Below are positions 27,901 to 35,354 of a stretch of DNA of 64,000 bases, piece by piece. The position numbers and the translations under genes were made by a program. Numbering within the stretch: the stretch's first letter is position 1; each line of letters begins with the position of its first letter. The DNA comes from an uncultured bacterium (lineage in GTDB: Bacteria > AUK180): assembly GCA_937863565.1 (NCBI GenBank), contig CALMGJ010000014.1:23817-87816 (forward strand), in the 5' to 3' direction. A model generated the notes under the pieces. The model did not search any database and was not told where the DNA came from. It saw nothing but the letters and a program-made list of their open reading frames with translations.

Positions 27901-30217
27901 GTGAAGGACCCTCGCTCTGCTTAGTTCCTTCCATGGCGTCCAGCGCCGCTTTTCCGAATTTATTGGGATTATTGTATGAATAAGCATATTCGGCCGAGAG
28001 GCTTATGTCTTTCGGCTTCAAGAAGTTGAGCCCCGGTAGGGCGAACAGCGTTTTTTGAAGGAATTCCGAAGTGATCTTGAGCGAAGTGTCAAAATCGAGA
28101 ACGAATTTACTCTGCGATTCCTCTCCCGGGTCAGGTATCTCGTCCCTTTCCATGAACTCTTCATCGATGACAGTGGAACCTATGAAGAAGTTCTTGCTGA
28201 TATTCCATTCCATGCGGTTGCCGAACACGTATTTTTGCTGGGATGAGATGAGCGGCGTATATTCGTAGTTGACCTCGATCTTGGCATCGCCGATGATAAG
28301 GTTCTCGTTGATGAAGGTGATGATGCCGGCATTATAATCTATAGTGTAATCGCGGCCTTTTTTCAGGATATTCCCGTCAACTTTAACAACTTCAGAATTC
28401 TCCTTTATGTTCATTGCGTCCAGGCTGTAGATCTTGGCAACGGAAACGTAATCGAGCGCTATGTAGAATATCGACCGCGAGGTAGTGAAAGGATCCGCCA
28501 GGGAATCGTTCTTGGCGTAAATGGGCCGGTTAGAGCATTTGGATACGATCTCGGTCAACTCCGCCCCGCTGAGGCCGAGCTCGTCAGCGACCGTTTTGAG
28601 ATATCCGGATACCGTATCGTTATCGCTCAGGTCGAAGGGCGTAGCGTCGGGAAAATATAAAATGCCGATATCCGTATCGAGATAACCCCTGTCTATCGTT
28701 CCATCGATGGGATTGAGATCGAGTCCGAAGATGGTGAGATATGAGACTTTTTTACCTTCGGAAGTCGTAAAAACGGCGGGATCATTATCGCCGTCGGAAT
28801 CATTGCGGTTCATAATGGAAACGCTTACATCATCGAACGGTATTCCAGTGATGCCCGTTTTATAGAAGTTCATGAGCGCGTTGCCGGTGTATCTGTTCTG
28901 TTCATGCTTGAGAAATCTGGCATTGCCGAAATAGGATTCGGTGTTCCCGTCCGTATCCAAGTCGTCCGTCGATGCCCCTTCATACCAGAAATCGCCGGGA
29001 TCCTCATCTATCTGGCCGTCCCCATCGTCGTCAAGACCGTCGATCGGGTCCTCGTCAACGAGTCCGTCACCGTCATCGTCCGTTCCCGCTCCCGGGTCTT
29101 CGCTTATCATCCCGTCCATATCGATATCCTTGAACGGTGCGAACGGATCCCCTATCTTCGTTTTTGTGCCCGTGACAATCTCCTCGACCTCGAAGGCCCC
29201 CGCAAGAAGGCCTGTTTCAGCAACTGTCCTATTGAGATAAAGGATGCCGTTCAGAACATCGACATAATAATCCTCTCCTCTCAGCAATTGATCGAAATTC
29301 CATATCTGGATCCCGTTCTGAAGAGGTCCGCAATTGTTTGTGGAGATCGTATTGTTCGTTGTGATCCTGTCATCGTAGAACAACGCTTCCGAATTGGCAA
29401 CGATCCTGTATTTACCGAAAAAATTAAAAATCAGGTCGTCCCATGCCGATTGCGAAGGCGCTGCACCCCGATAAAGAGCGAAAATGGAGTTTTTCGCGTA
29501 TCCCGAATCCGATATTTCCTTTCTTGTAGTGGAAGCATTCTTGGTCCATGTCTTTGCCAGCGATTGACTGTCAGAATATCCCACAATGGGATACATCTGG
29601 AGTTTGCCCGGGATAAGCGGAATGCCCTCGAAAAGGAGATGCCCCTTAATGCCGAAGAAGTTCTTGCTGTATGAAACGAATTGGGTATTGGGAACGGCAA
29701 GATTGATATTTCCCGCTTCTATGGTTTTCAGGAACTCGCCTTCCTTGCCCATGTATTTAAGGGAAATGTTCTTGTCTATGGAAAATGCGTCCTGCGAAGT
29801 ATCATCATATTTGATCAGTATATTCAGCCTCTCGCCTACGACTCCGTTGAGATTTAGCTTCATGTTCTGCTTGAGGTCGAAATTGGATACGGGATCCTTT
29901 AGAGGGTCGTTAGGATATACTTTGTTATTGAAGGAAAGTGAAACATTCTCGAGAATGTTGAGAGAGATATTCCCTATCGTCCCGAACTGAAGTTCCGGCA
30001 GTATGCTCGTTTTGCTGGATTTCAGAATAAAGGCCGGTTTGGGAAGGAAGGACTTTCTGGACCTCAGAAAAGGGTCATCACGCAAAAGCACCAGTTTTTC
30101 CCCGAAGAATGGAGGCAGGCACTGGTCCGGAGACGGTTCATCTTCGATGAGGGTTCCCTTTAGAAGAAAAAATACGGCTAAAACCGCGAGCAATAACTTG
30201 AATTTTTTCGCAAACAT
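24932..30217 (-). CDS. sprA: SprA-like giant outer-membrane protein (candidate T9SS translocon homologue) with Asp-rich calcium-binding inserts
   Basis: Signal peptide. The block NFDLKQNMKLNLNGVVGERLNILIKYDD..AFSIDKNISLKYMGKEGEFLKTIEAGNINLAVPNTQF...FFGIKG matches the SprA N-terminal signature as recalled from memory. The long C-terminal beta-barrel-like region ends in F. Confidence 0.65.
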   Translation of the reverse strand: MFAKKFKLLLAVLAVFFLLKGTLIEDEPSPDQCLPPFFGEKLVLLRDDPFLRSRKSFLPKPAFILKSSKTSILPELQFGTIGNISLNILENVSLSFNNKVYPNDPLKDPVSNFDLKQNMKLNLNGVVGERLNILIKYDDTSQDAFSIDKNISLKYMGKEGEFLKTIEAGNINLAVPNTQFVSYSKNFFGIKGHLLFEGIPLIPGKLQMYPIVGYSDSQSLAKTWTKNASTTRKEISDSGYAKNSIFALYRGAAPSQSAWDDLIFNFFGKYRIVANSEALFYDDRITTNNTISTNNCGPLQNGIQIWNFDQLLRGEDYYVDVLNGILYLNRTVAETGLLAGAFEVEEIVTGTKTKIGDPFAPFKDIDMDGMISEDPGAGTDDDGDGLVDEDPIDGLDDDGDGQIDEDPGDFWYEGASTDDLDTDGNTESYFGNARFLKHEQNRYTGNALMNFYKTGITGIPFDDVSVSIMNRNDSDGDNDPAVFTTSEGKKVSYLTIFGLDLNPIDGTIDRGYLDTDIGILYFPDATPFDLSDNDTVSGYLKTVADELGLSGAELTEIVSKCSNRPIYAKNDSLADPFTTSRSIFYIALDYVSVAKIYSLDAMNIKENSEVVKVDGNILKKGRDYTIDYNAGIITFINENLIIGDAKIEVNYEYTPLISSQQKYVFGNRMEWNISKNFFIGSTVIDEEFMERDEIPDPGEESQSKFVLDFDTSLKITSEFLQKTLFALPGLNFLKPKDISLSAEYAYSYNNPNKFGKAALDAMEGTKQSEGPSLYPYKSWYLCSKPGIITDQSTRAATISVEESDSEFHSPGNEFSFYSFQDGDSHPYTPDETEIYQTFTAYSMLFDLKKAGTWGGITARSNISDISQKSSLDFWVKNLGDAADATIHIDLGLISEDADGDGTLDTEDADLNGRLNTDEDTGIIFNNGYFTAVLGPGDNYLQTEDFDFDGILDTIDRYYSYKSEILKTKSDDDGWQFISIPLNIDAGTADKYGNPTPNNVKYIRVWIEGSDANISFKMQELKISGNRWDKGIVENGTAGEYFAVSSVSVDDPSFSGFFVSGEQTDKEALMTDFYLIGTSSDIRTGYTKSVKSQALNISNYGYLELSVLGYDMPDTDAYSVYLKMGIDENNYWKIPLSVKKGYDSSDWVVNSIPVAGLSSYETVGNPSTLNVKYMALCIEAEAVVSGKFLFNNILLSEPKILKGTAYRANVSTDLGFFGPVAVNYSSVGSDFSPLGNNRTGTDQEALSATMNFSKLQWLPVNISYSRNTSELKDILDLSGTSSTTRSLSESIRFNTTLNLGTILWKFLPAINYSYSQSWSKSYGLYEGDELLKGKTLSEIHTMTMRMKSILFLIENMNLALGRNITLSENNPLFNTSASNPRTFRNNGTLSFTIKYLNLQNTLDYNESYQSGFKQNDNASYSITANVNLLRNILQPTVTLRGTLARVYYGDAVSSEAAYSSAKFTLNMSFKNRLMLGMLLRRVKILGLSTINLNISYDRSNATDIPEFDGVFGIIDSLDIVSGNLAPELYANQSDQERWNIALSYNPFKFLSLSGSYSYRQSDTSKLGTTTTEFNHSVNSSAMITQLDKLFKFLKRTSITLGMNYSLTEKADALYRNETFTPSLSFPISYSDVLTQSIRVSYNQNTDTRFGYDRTFSGTLSLATSLSYRLQLKYGIKLPFLKKKLNIQNAINTKLDFNMSMLRSDKIGATESNTYTVNGGFDYRFSKNFVFNSNISYTIYRNLDEIRYDYREFKITFGGNIVF

Positions 30218-30226
30218 ATATATAAT
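30198..30226 (+). promoter_or_regulatory. Promoter candidate TTGAAT-17-TATAAT for the 30239 operon; the -35 lies inside the first codons of the sprA-like gene
   Basis: Hexamers read directly. The -10 ends 12 nt before the ATG at 30239, and there is no Shine-Dalgarno sequence. Confidence 0.4.
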
Positions 30227-30255
30227 ATTGTAGCAAGTATGTTGAAAAATTACAA
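30227..30255 (-). promoter_or_regulatory. Promoter candidate TTGTAA-17-TACAAT (minus strand) for the sprA-like gene; the -35 lies inside the 30239 gene
   Basis: Hexamers read on the reverse complement. The -10 ends 9 nt before the ATG at 30217. Confidence 0.35.
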
Positions 30256-31108
30256 GTATATTTTACTTTTAGTTCTCGTCTGTTCCGCATATGCCGGATG
30301 TCTGAAAACGCCTCCCGTTCTCTATGATCATTCGATCGCCTTCACAGGGAATACGAAGGGGCTTATCGAACATTGCGGCTGCAAGATCAAAAGGGGACGG
30401 ATACTTGAGCGGTCGCATCTTCTGAAAAAAATCGCCGCCGGTTCCAAAGAGACCTTCTTTTTTGACGGCGGCAACTCGATCACTTCGATCCAGCTCGGGC
30501 GTGTAAAGCTTCTCAAGGTCATGGAATACATGGGGTATTCCGCGTACTTCGTGACCGCATACGAGTACAAAGACCTTCAGCTTTTCTTCAATGATGAGAT
30601 AAAAGGGTCGTCCATCGAATTCTCTTCCGCCGTCATCGCGGATAATGAAGGCCGTCCGCTTTTGAAGCCTTTCATTGAAAGGTCTTTCGGACGTGAGAAG
30701 GCGATGTTCGTATCTGTCACGGGGCATACGAATGTGCCGGGATACTACAATGATATTAAACTGGTCTCTCCGGGCGAGGCGATCGAGGGGATCAAGATCC
30801 GCGCCGGCGAGTTCGACTGGATCTTTCTTATTACGGATTTTCCCGAAATGGACCTTTGGATCAAAGAGGCCGGCATTAAGAACGTTAGATATATCTATCA
30901 TCTGGACAAGGATTTCACGGTCGAAGAACCGTATGTTTCTGTGTCGGGCGCGCAGGTATTCACGCTCAACTCTTCGGGACAGTTCTTCTGGCAGATCGGC
31001 ATGAAATATGAAAATAGCGAAATGGTACCCCGCTATATTCTCAACGATGTGAAGATGGGCGTACCGATAGACAAGGACCTGAAAAAATATTTGGAGGAGC
31101 TTAAATGA
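30239..31108 (+). CDS. Hypothetical secreted protein or lipoprotein; possible degenerate metallophosphatase/5'-nucleotidase-like domain with an HCGC motif
   Basis: Signal peptide with ...AYAGC. IAFTGNTKGLIEHCGC sits where DxHG metal ligands would be expected. Confidence 0.5.
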   Translation: MLKNYKYILLLVLVCSAYAGCLKTPPVLYDHSIAFTGNTKGLIEHCGCKIKRGRILERSHLLKKIAAGSKETFFFDGGNSITSIQLGRVKLLKVMEYMGYSAYFVTAYEYKDLQLFFNDEIKGSSIEFSSAVIADNEGRPLLKPFIERSFGREKAMFVSVTGHTNVPGYYNDIKLVSPGEAIEGIKIRAGEFDWIFLITDFPEMDLWIKEAGIKNVRYIYHLDKDFTVEEPYVSVSGAQVFTLNSSGQFFWQIGMKYENSEMVPRYILNDVKMGVPIDKDLKKYLEELK

Positions 31109-31896
31109 GCATTCTGTACTGCACGGGCGGGGAACTCGAAGGAAGCGCTTTTCCCATCAAGAACGATCTTAAGATCGGCAGGGTACCGTCCAACGATATC
31201 GTCATCAAGGATTCTTTCGTTTCGAAGGAACATGCTTTCCTGTACGATCATTCCGGCGACATATATCTGATCGACAATGATTCGCATAACGGCCTTTATA
31301 TAAACAATATCAAATTCAAACTGAAAAGGCTCAATCAAGGCGACAGGATCAAGATCGGGAAGAATTTCTTCATATATTACGAAGGCTCCGATGACCTTTT
31401 CCAGAGAGAGTACGAGATCGTTTCCCATGACAACAAGGATGCGATCAAGGATTCGCTTCTCAAGGAAGCGGAATTTCACGAGAATTACCTGCAGATATTC
31501 TATAAGATCATTTCTCCGTATCTCCAGACCGCTGACCGCGTGAAGTTCTGGGCCGACCTGAAGAACGTGATATACAGGTTCAATATCGAGAACTTCCTTC
31601 TTCTTAAGATAGACCGCGATAATTCAATAAAGAAACTCGAAGTGCTTACATCGTATTACGACAAGATACCGCAAATAGACGAGAACATGATCACTCTTAT
31701 GAAAACGGATAATATCATCACGATGAAACGATCCGTAGAATCGATACAACTCAAAGAATACCTCGTCATGTATCCTTTCAAGAGGGCTGAAGACCATTAT
31801 ATCTGGTGTCTCGGCAGATTCGCACAGGGCGAGCTTAATAAGGACGAACTGAACCAGCTGTATTTCACCGGGCTTATCCTGTCGTTTCTGAAGTGA
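31105..31896 (+). CDS. FHA-domain protein with a C-terminal GAF-like region
   Basis: GRVPSNDIVIKDSFVSKEHAFL...NDSHNGLYINN is a canonical FHA core. ATGA overlap with the upstream gene. Confidence 0.75.
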   Translation: MSILYCTGGELEGSAFPIKNDLKIGRVPSNDIVIKDSFVSKEHAFLYDHSGDIYLIDNDSHNGLYINNIKFKLKRLNQGDRIKIGKNFFIYYEGSDDLFQREYEIVSHDNKDAIKDSLLKEAEFHENYLQIFYKIISPYLQTADRVKFWADLKNVIYRFNIENFLLLKIDRDNSIKKLEVLTSYYDKIPQIDENMITLMKTDNIITMKRSVESIQLKEYLVMYPFKRAEDHYIWCLGRFAQGELNKDELNQLYFTGLILSFLK

Positions 31897-32555
31897 ACCG
31901 GAAGAATTTCGAGATCATTGATCTGATACGCGGCGACGATATAGTCATCGCGTTCATCGACCTTTCGAACTTCACGAAGATGATCGATCTCGCTGTGCAG
32001 GTAAAGAGCGAAAAAAAGATCATCCGCATACTCAATGAATTCTACAAATACTCTTCATCCATCATTTACAAGAACAACGGCATCATAGATAAATTCCTCG
32101 GCGACGGGATCATGGCGCTGTATGGGAGCATGTTCTCTAATAACTATGACCTTACGCCGCGCGAATATCTGCTGCGCGCGGTAGAGTCCTGCCTTGACAT
32201 CCTGACCTTCATTCAGACACTGGGCGAGAACATGGGAATGAAGCTCAATATCTCATCCGGAGTCTGGAGCGGAGAGGTGTTCATGGGCTTTTCCTCGCAT
32301 GAAGAGAAGACGAGGGATATTTCCGTGATCGGAGATCCGGTGAACGTGGCCTCCCGTCTTCAGAAGATAGCGCATGACGGCGAGATGATCATCCCGTTCA
32401 TTCCCGATATCGATTTCAAAGATAATCTGGACCTCATCATCAGAAGATACGGGATGGTGAAATACTATGAGAAACTCGAAGTTAGAGGGAAGGACAAGCC
32501 TGTCAATGTCTTCAGAATAATCGGTGAAAGGGCATATGCCCGGAACCATGTTTAA
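31893..32555 (+). CDS. Stand-alone class III adenylate/guanylate cyclase catalytic domain (220 aa)
   Basis: Catalytic residues are present: AFIDLSNFT (metal Asp), KFLGDGIMALYG (Lys and Asp), IGDPVNVASRLQ (Asn and Arg). The GTG start overlaps the FHA gene stop (GTGA). Confidence 0.8.
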   Translation: MNRKNFEIIDLIRGDDIVIAFIDLSNFTKMIDLAVQVKSEKKIIRILNEFYKYSSSIIYKNNGIIDKFLGDGIMALYGSMFSNNYDLTPREYLLRAVESCLDILTFIQTLGENMGMKLNISSGVWSGEVFMGFSSHEEKTRDISVIGDPVNVASRLQKIAHDGEMIIPFIPDIDFKDNLDLIIRRYGMVKYYEKLEVRGKDKPVNVFRIIGERAYARNHV

Positions 32556-33912
32556 GCCGGATAAGCGCGCCGCCGTACTTACATTGGCGATCTTCTTCTC
32601 CGTATGCGTATCGGCAACGCTTATCGTAGATCCCGATCTCTGGTGGCATATGAATTACGGACGGTATATCCTGCACTCCGGATTTCCCGGACAGGACCCG
32701 TTCACGTTGACGCATGCCGGCCGGCCCTTCATGCATTTCTACCTTGCCCAGATCCTTTTATACCTTATCTACTCGCTTGCCGGCGCATGGGGACTTTTCC
32801 TTCTAAAGATCGCCGTTTGCACCGGTGTTTTCCTCATCCTTAAAAAATATGCCGGCATCGGCATAGCATCGTTCGGCATCATCCTGCTGTTCCTGTCGAT
32901 GCGCCTTTTCGCCCGGCCCGAACTTTTCGCCTTCATTCTCTTCTCTTTGGCCTTTCCGATATTCGCCATTAAAGACCTAAAGCGCCGGCTCATCGCGCTT
33001 TTCCTCTGCGCTCTTTTATGGAATCAGATCCATCCGAGTGTCGCGATCCTCCTCTTATTCCCTTTCTGCGCATTTATTTCGGGCCTTGTCGGGAAAAGAC
33101 CGGAATTCCCTGCGCGGCTTGCGGAATCAGCGGTGATCGCCGCGGCATTTCTTATCAATCCCACATCGGTCCTGAACCTGAAGGAATACGCGAATATCCT
33201 TATCAGGAACAATCCTGCGGCATCGATAGGCGAATGGCAGCCGTTCTTTTCCCCTGAAAACCCCGTTTCCCTTTTATATAAACTGGCATTCATTTTCACG
33301 GCAGTTCTGTGCATATCGGATCTTATCTTAAAAAGAAGAACGGAAGGCCCCTTCTGGCCGATGCCGTTCTTTCTCGGTGTGCTGACACTGTTCTCGCGGC
33401 GTTTTACGGGTTTTTGGGGCCTCTCCCTTGCCGTCTTCCTCGAGGGACTATTAACACCACATGCCGTTAGGAAAAAAGCGCTCACTGCGGTCCTTTTTAT
33501 TCTTTTCACGGCCCTTTTGATCAAGCCAACGCTCAGAATGCCTCTCGAGCGCGGCATCGGCATATCCACGTTCTACGATATGAAGATCCGGACGCTTTTT
33601 TCCGAACTGAGGCTCGACGGGCGGATACTCTCCGATTACGACATAGGCGGCTTCGTGTCATTCATACTCGGGAAAGAGGTCTTCATCTACGGGAACAATC
33701 TAAATGAAAAGGAATTCGCCGAATACAGAACGCTTGCGATGGGAAAGGGCATTCCGGATTTTATGGATAAGTACAGCATAGATATCGTGATCATGAAACC
33801 GTTCCCGCTTTATCCCGGCGGCCGGGAGCTTTATGCGTATTTCAGATCGGGGGGCTGGGAATATTTAGGCCACAGAACAAGGTATCAGATATGGAAAAGA
33901 ACAAGATCCTGA
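32524..33912 (+). CDS. Polytopic membrane protein, GT-C-fold glycosyltransferase-like
   Basis: More than 10 hydrophobic helices, with a first loop DPDLWWHMNYGRYILHSGFPGQDPFT containing acidic residues. The start is ambiguous (ATG 32524, 32536 or 32548). Confidence 0.5.
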   Translation: MKGHMPGTMFKPDKRAAVLTLAIFFSVCVSATLIVDPDLWWHMNYGRYILHSGFPGQDPFTLTHAGRPFMHFYLAQILLYLIYSLAGAWGLFLLKIAVCTGVFLILKKYAGIGIASFGIILLFLSMRLFARPELFAFILFSLAFPIFAIKDLKRRLIALFLCALLWNQIHPSVAILLLFPFCAFISGLVGKRPEFPARLAESAVIAAAFLINPTSVLNLKEYANILIRNNPAASIGEWQPFFSPENPVSLLYKLAFIFTAVLCISDLILKRRTEGPFWPMPFFLGVLTLFSRRFTGFWGLSLAVFLEGLLTPHAVRKKALTAVLFILFTALLIKPTLRMPLERGIGISTFYDMKIRTLFSELRLDGRILSDYDIGGFVSFILGKEVFIYGNNLNEKEFAEYRTLAMGKGIPDFMDKYSIDIVIMKPFPLYPGGRELYAYFRSGGWEYLGHRTRYQIWKRTRS

Positions 33913-35354
33913 AATATGCGGACGAAGCGCTCTTCTTCGTATCCACTGCCGTTCTGATATTCCATATGCTGCACTGGTTCTCTTCTCCGGGCATCGTTTC
34001 GCACGAGGGCATCCTTCTTTCAATGAGTGCTGCCGAACTTTTCAAACGAAGCGTTCTTTTACTGCCTTTCCGTCTTGCAGCCTCGGCGGTCTCTCCGGTC
34101 TACGGGCTCAGGATATTATCCCTCGGTCTTCTCATGTCCATAGTCGTTTTATCTGTTCTTCGCAAAAAAGAACGCAGTACACTGGTGGTACTTGCGGCCC
34201 TGATGTCCGCACCGCAGCTCAATGTTCATGTAAGGATATTCTCGTTCATACACCTTTCCTTTCTGTATTATCTCATTTATGATGCCGTCCGCGGAAATAC
34301 AGCAAGGAAGATCATAGCCGGATTGTCTGTGCTCGTTTCCCCGTATATGCCTTTTCTCCTTATGATGAAGGACCGCAATGCTGTTATCTATTGCGCATGC
34401 GCGGTATCTGCCGGCGCATCTGCGGTCCTCGGCAATGCAGGTATATCTCCTGCGACCGCTTCCGGTTGGCAGGTACTTTTTGCCGCAAGCCCTGCTGCGG
34501 CCGTTCTGATATTGACCATATTTTTCAGGAACAGGGGAGTACTGCCTTATATGCTTTTCGGACTTGCCGCCATTTCCCCGGCTTATCATGAACTTCCGCC
34601 GGCCTGCGCCATGCCCTTGTATTTATTCCTGTTCGCATCGCTCAAGGCCGATCTGAAAGGTGCCCCCGCAATAACACTATCAGCGGTTTCAGTGCTTTTC
34701 TTCCTTTCCGGCTTTGTTGGTTTTCCTCATTTTAATTACACATTCGATTATACGCACGGGCAATATATCACCATGAACGAACCCCAGGCAAGGTATGCGG
34801 ATATCGGGGATCTGCCGGATATCCGTGAAAGGGCAGTCTCTTCCCCTGAACTGTCTTTTCTGAAAAAGAACTATATTTCCTTTCCGGAGATGCTCGCCGG
34901 GAGCATCAATATCAATACGGTCAAATATCTTATTTTTGACGATTTCCTGCTGAAGATGCTCAATGAAGACCCTTCGCGCTTCAGGCTATTCGATAAGTTC
35001 AACCGGATAAACAATTCGGGCCGCATATACATTTACGAGAACGGGCTTTTTTTCCTGAATACGTTCGCAGACTACATCAATGACCGTCTTTCGAAGGAAA
35101 AAGCTCTCGTTGATACTATGGCTGCGGGTCTTATCAAGGGAGAATGCATCGACCTTGCGGATTTCATGGCATCGGAAAAGAATTCGGAAAAGATAACGAG
35201 GATCAAGTTCATCCTCATCGCCGATTTCATGCTGAGGGAACCGTCTCACGCGAGCGTTCTCTATGCGATAAAGGAAAGAATGGAGTATGAGAATTGGGTA
35301 AAGGAAATTTCATTGAAAGGATACACGCTCTACCGCAATCCAAGGTTCAGGTGA
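33891..35354 (+). CDS. Polytopic membrane protein with a C-terminal soluble domain (GT-C-like, uncertain)
   Basis: Multiple transmembrane helices in the first ~270 aa, followed by a hydrophilic domain. It overlaps both neighbouring genes. Confidence 0.45.
   Translation: MEKNKILKYADEALFFVSTAVLIFHMLHWFSSPGIVSHEGILLSMSAAELFKRSVLLLPFRLAASAVSPVYGLRILSLGLLMSIVVLSVLRKKERSTLVVLAALMSAPQLNVHVRIFSFIHLSFLYYLIYDAVRGNTARKIIAGLSVLVSPYMPFLLMMKDRNAVIYCACAVSAGASAVLGNAGISPATASGWQVLFAASPAAAVLILTIFFRNRGVLPYMLFGLAAISPAYHELPPACAMPLYLFLFASLKADLKGAPAITLSAVSVLFFLSGFVGFPHFNYTFDYTHGQYITMNEPQARYADIGDLPDIRERAVSSPELSFLKKNYISFPEMLAGSININTVKYLIFDDFLLKMLNEDPSRFRLFDKFNRINNSGRIYIYENGLFFLNTFADYINDRLSKEKALVDTMAAGLIKGECIDLADFMASEKNSEKITRIKFILIADFMLREPSHASVLYAIKERMEYENWVKEISLKGYTLYRNPRFR

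Noticed and set aside
28904-29674. A 256-aa plus-strand ORF and other ORFs of 60-135 aa inside the sprA-like gene.
   Set aside because: They lie antisense within a continuous 1761-codon ORF that has a signal peptide and family signature. The Asp-rich sense codons (GAY/GAC runs) produce open antisense frames.
31893-33912. The minimal class III cyclase plus a downstream membrane protein read as a Pycsar- or CBASS-like anti-phage pair.
   Set aside because: The downstream protein looks like a GT-C glycosyltransferase with no cNMP-binding or TIR effector domain. The pair is embedded in a seven-gene translationally coupled operon of host-like composition. There is no other defence context.
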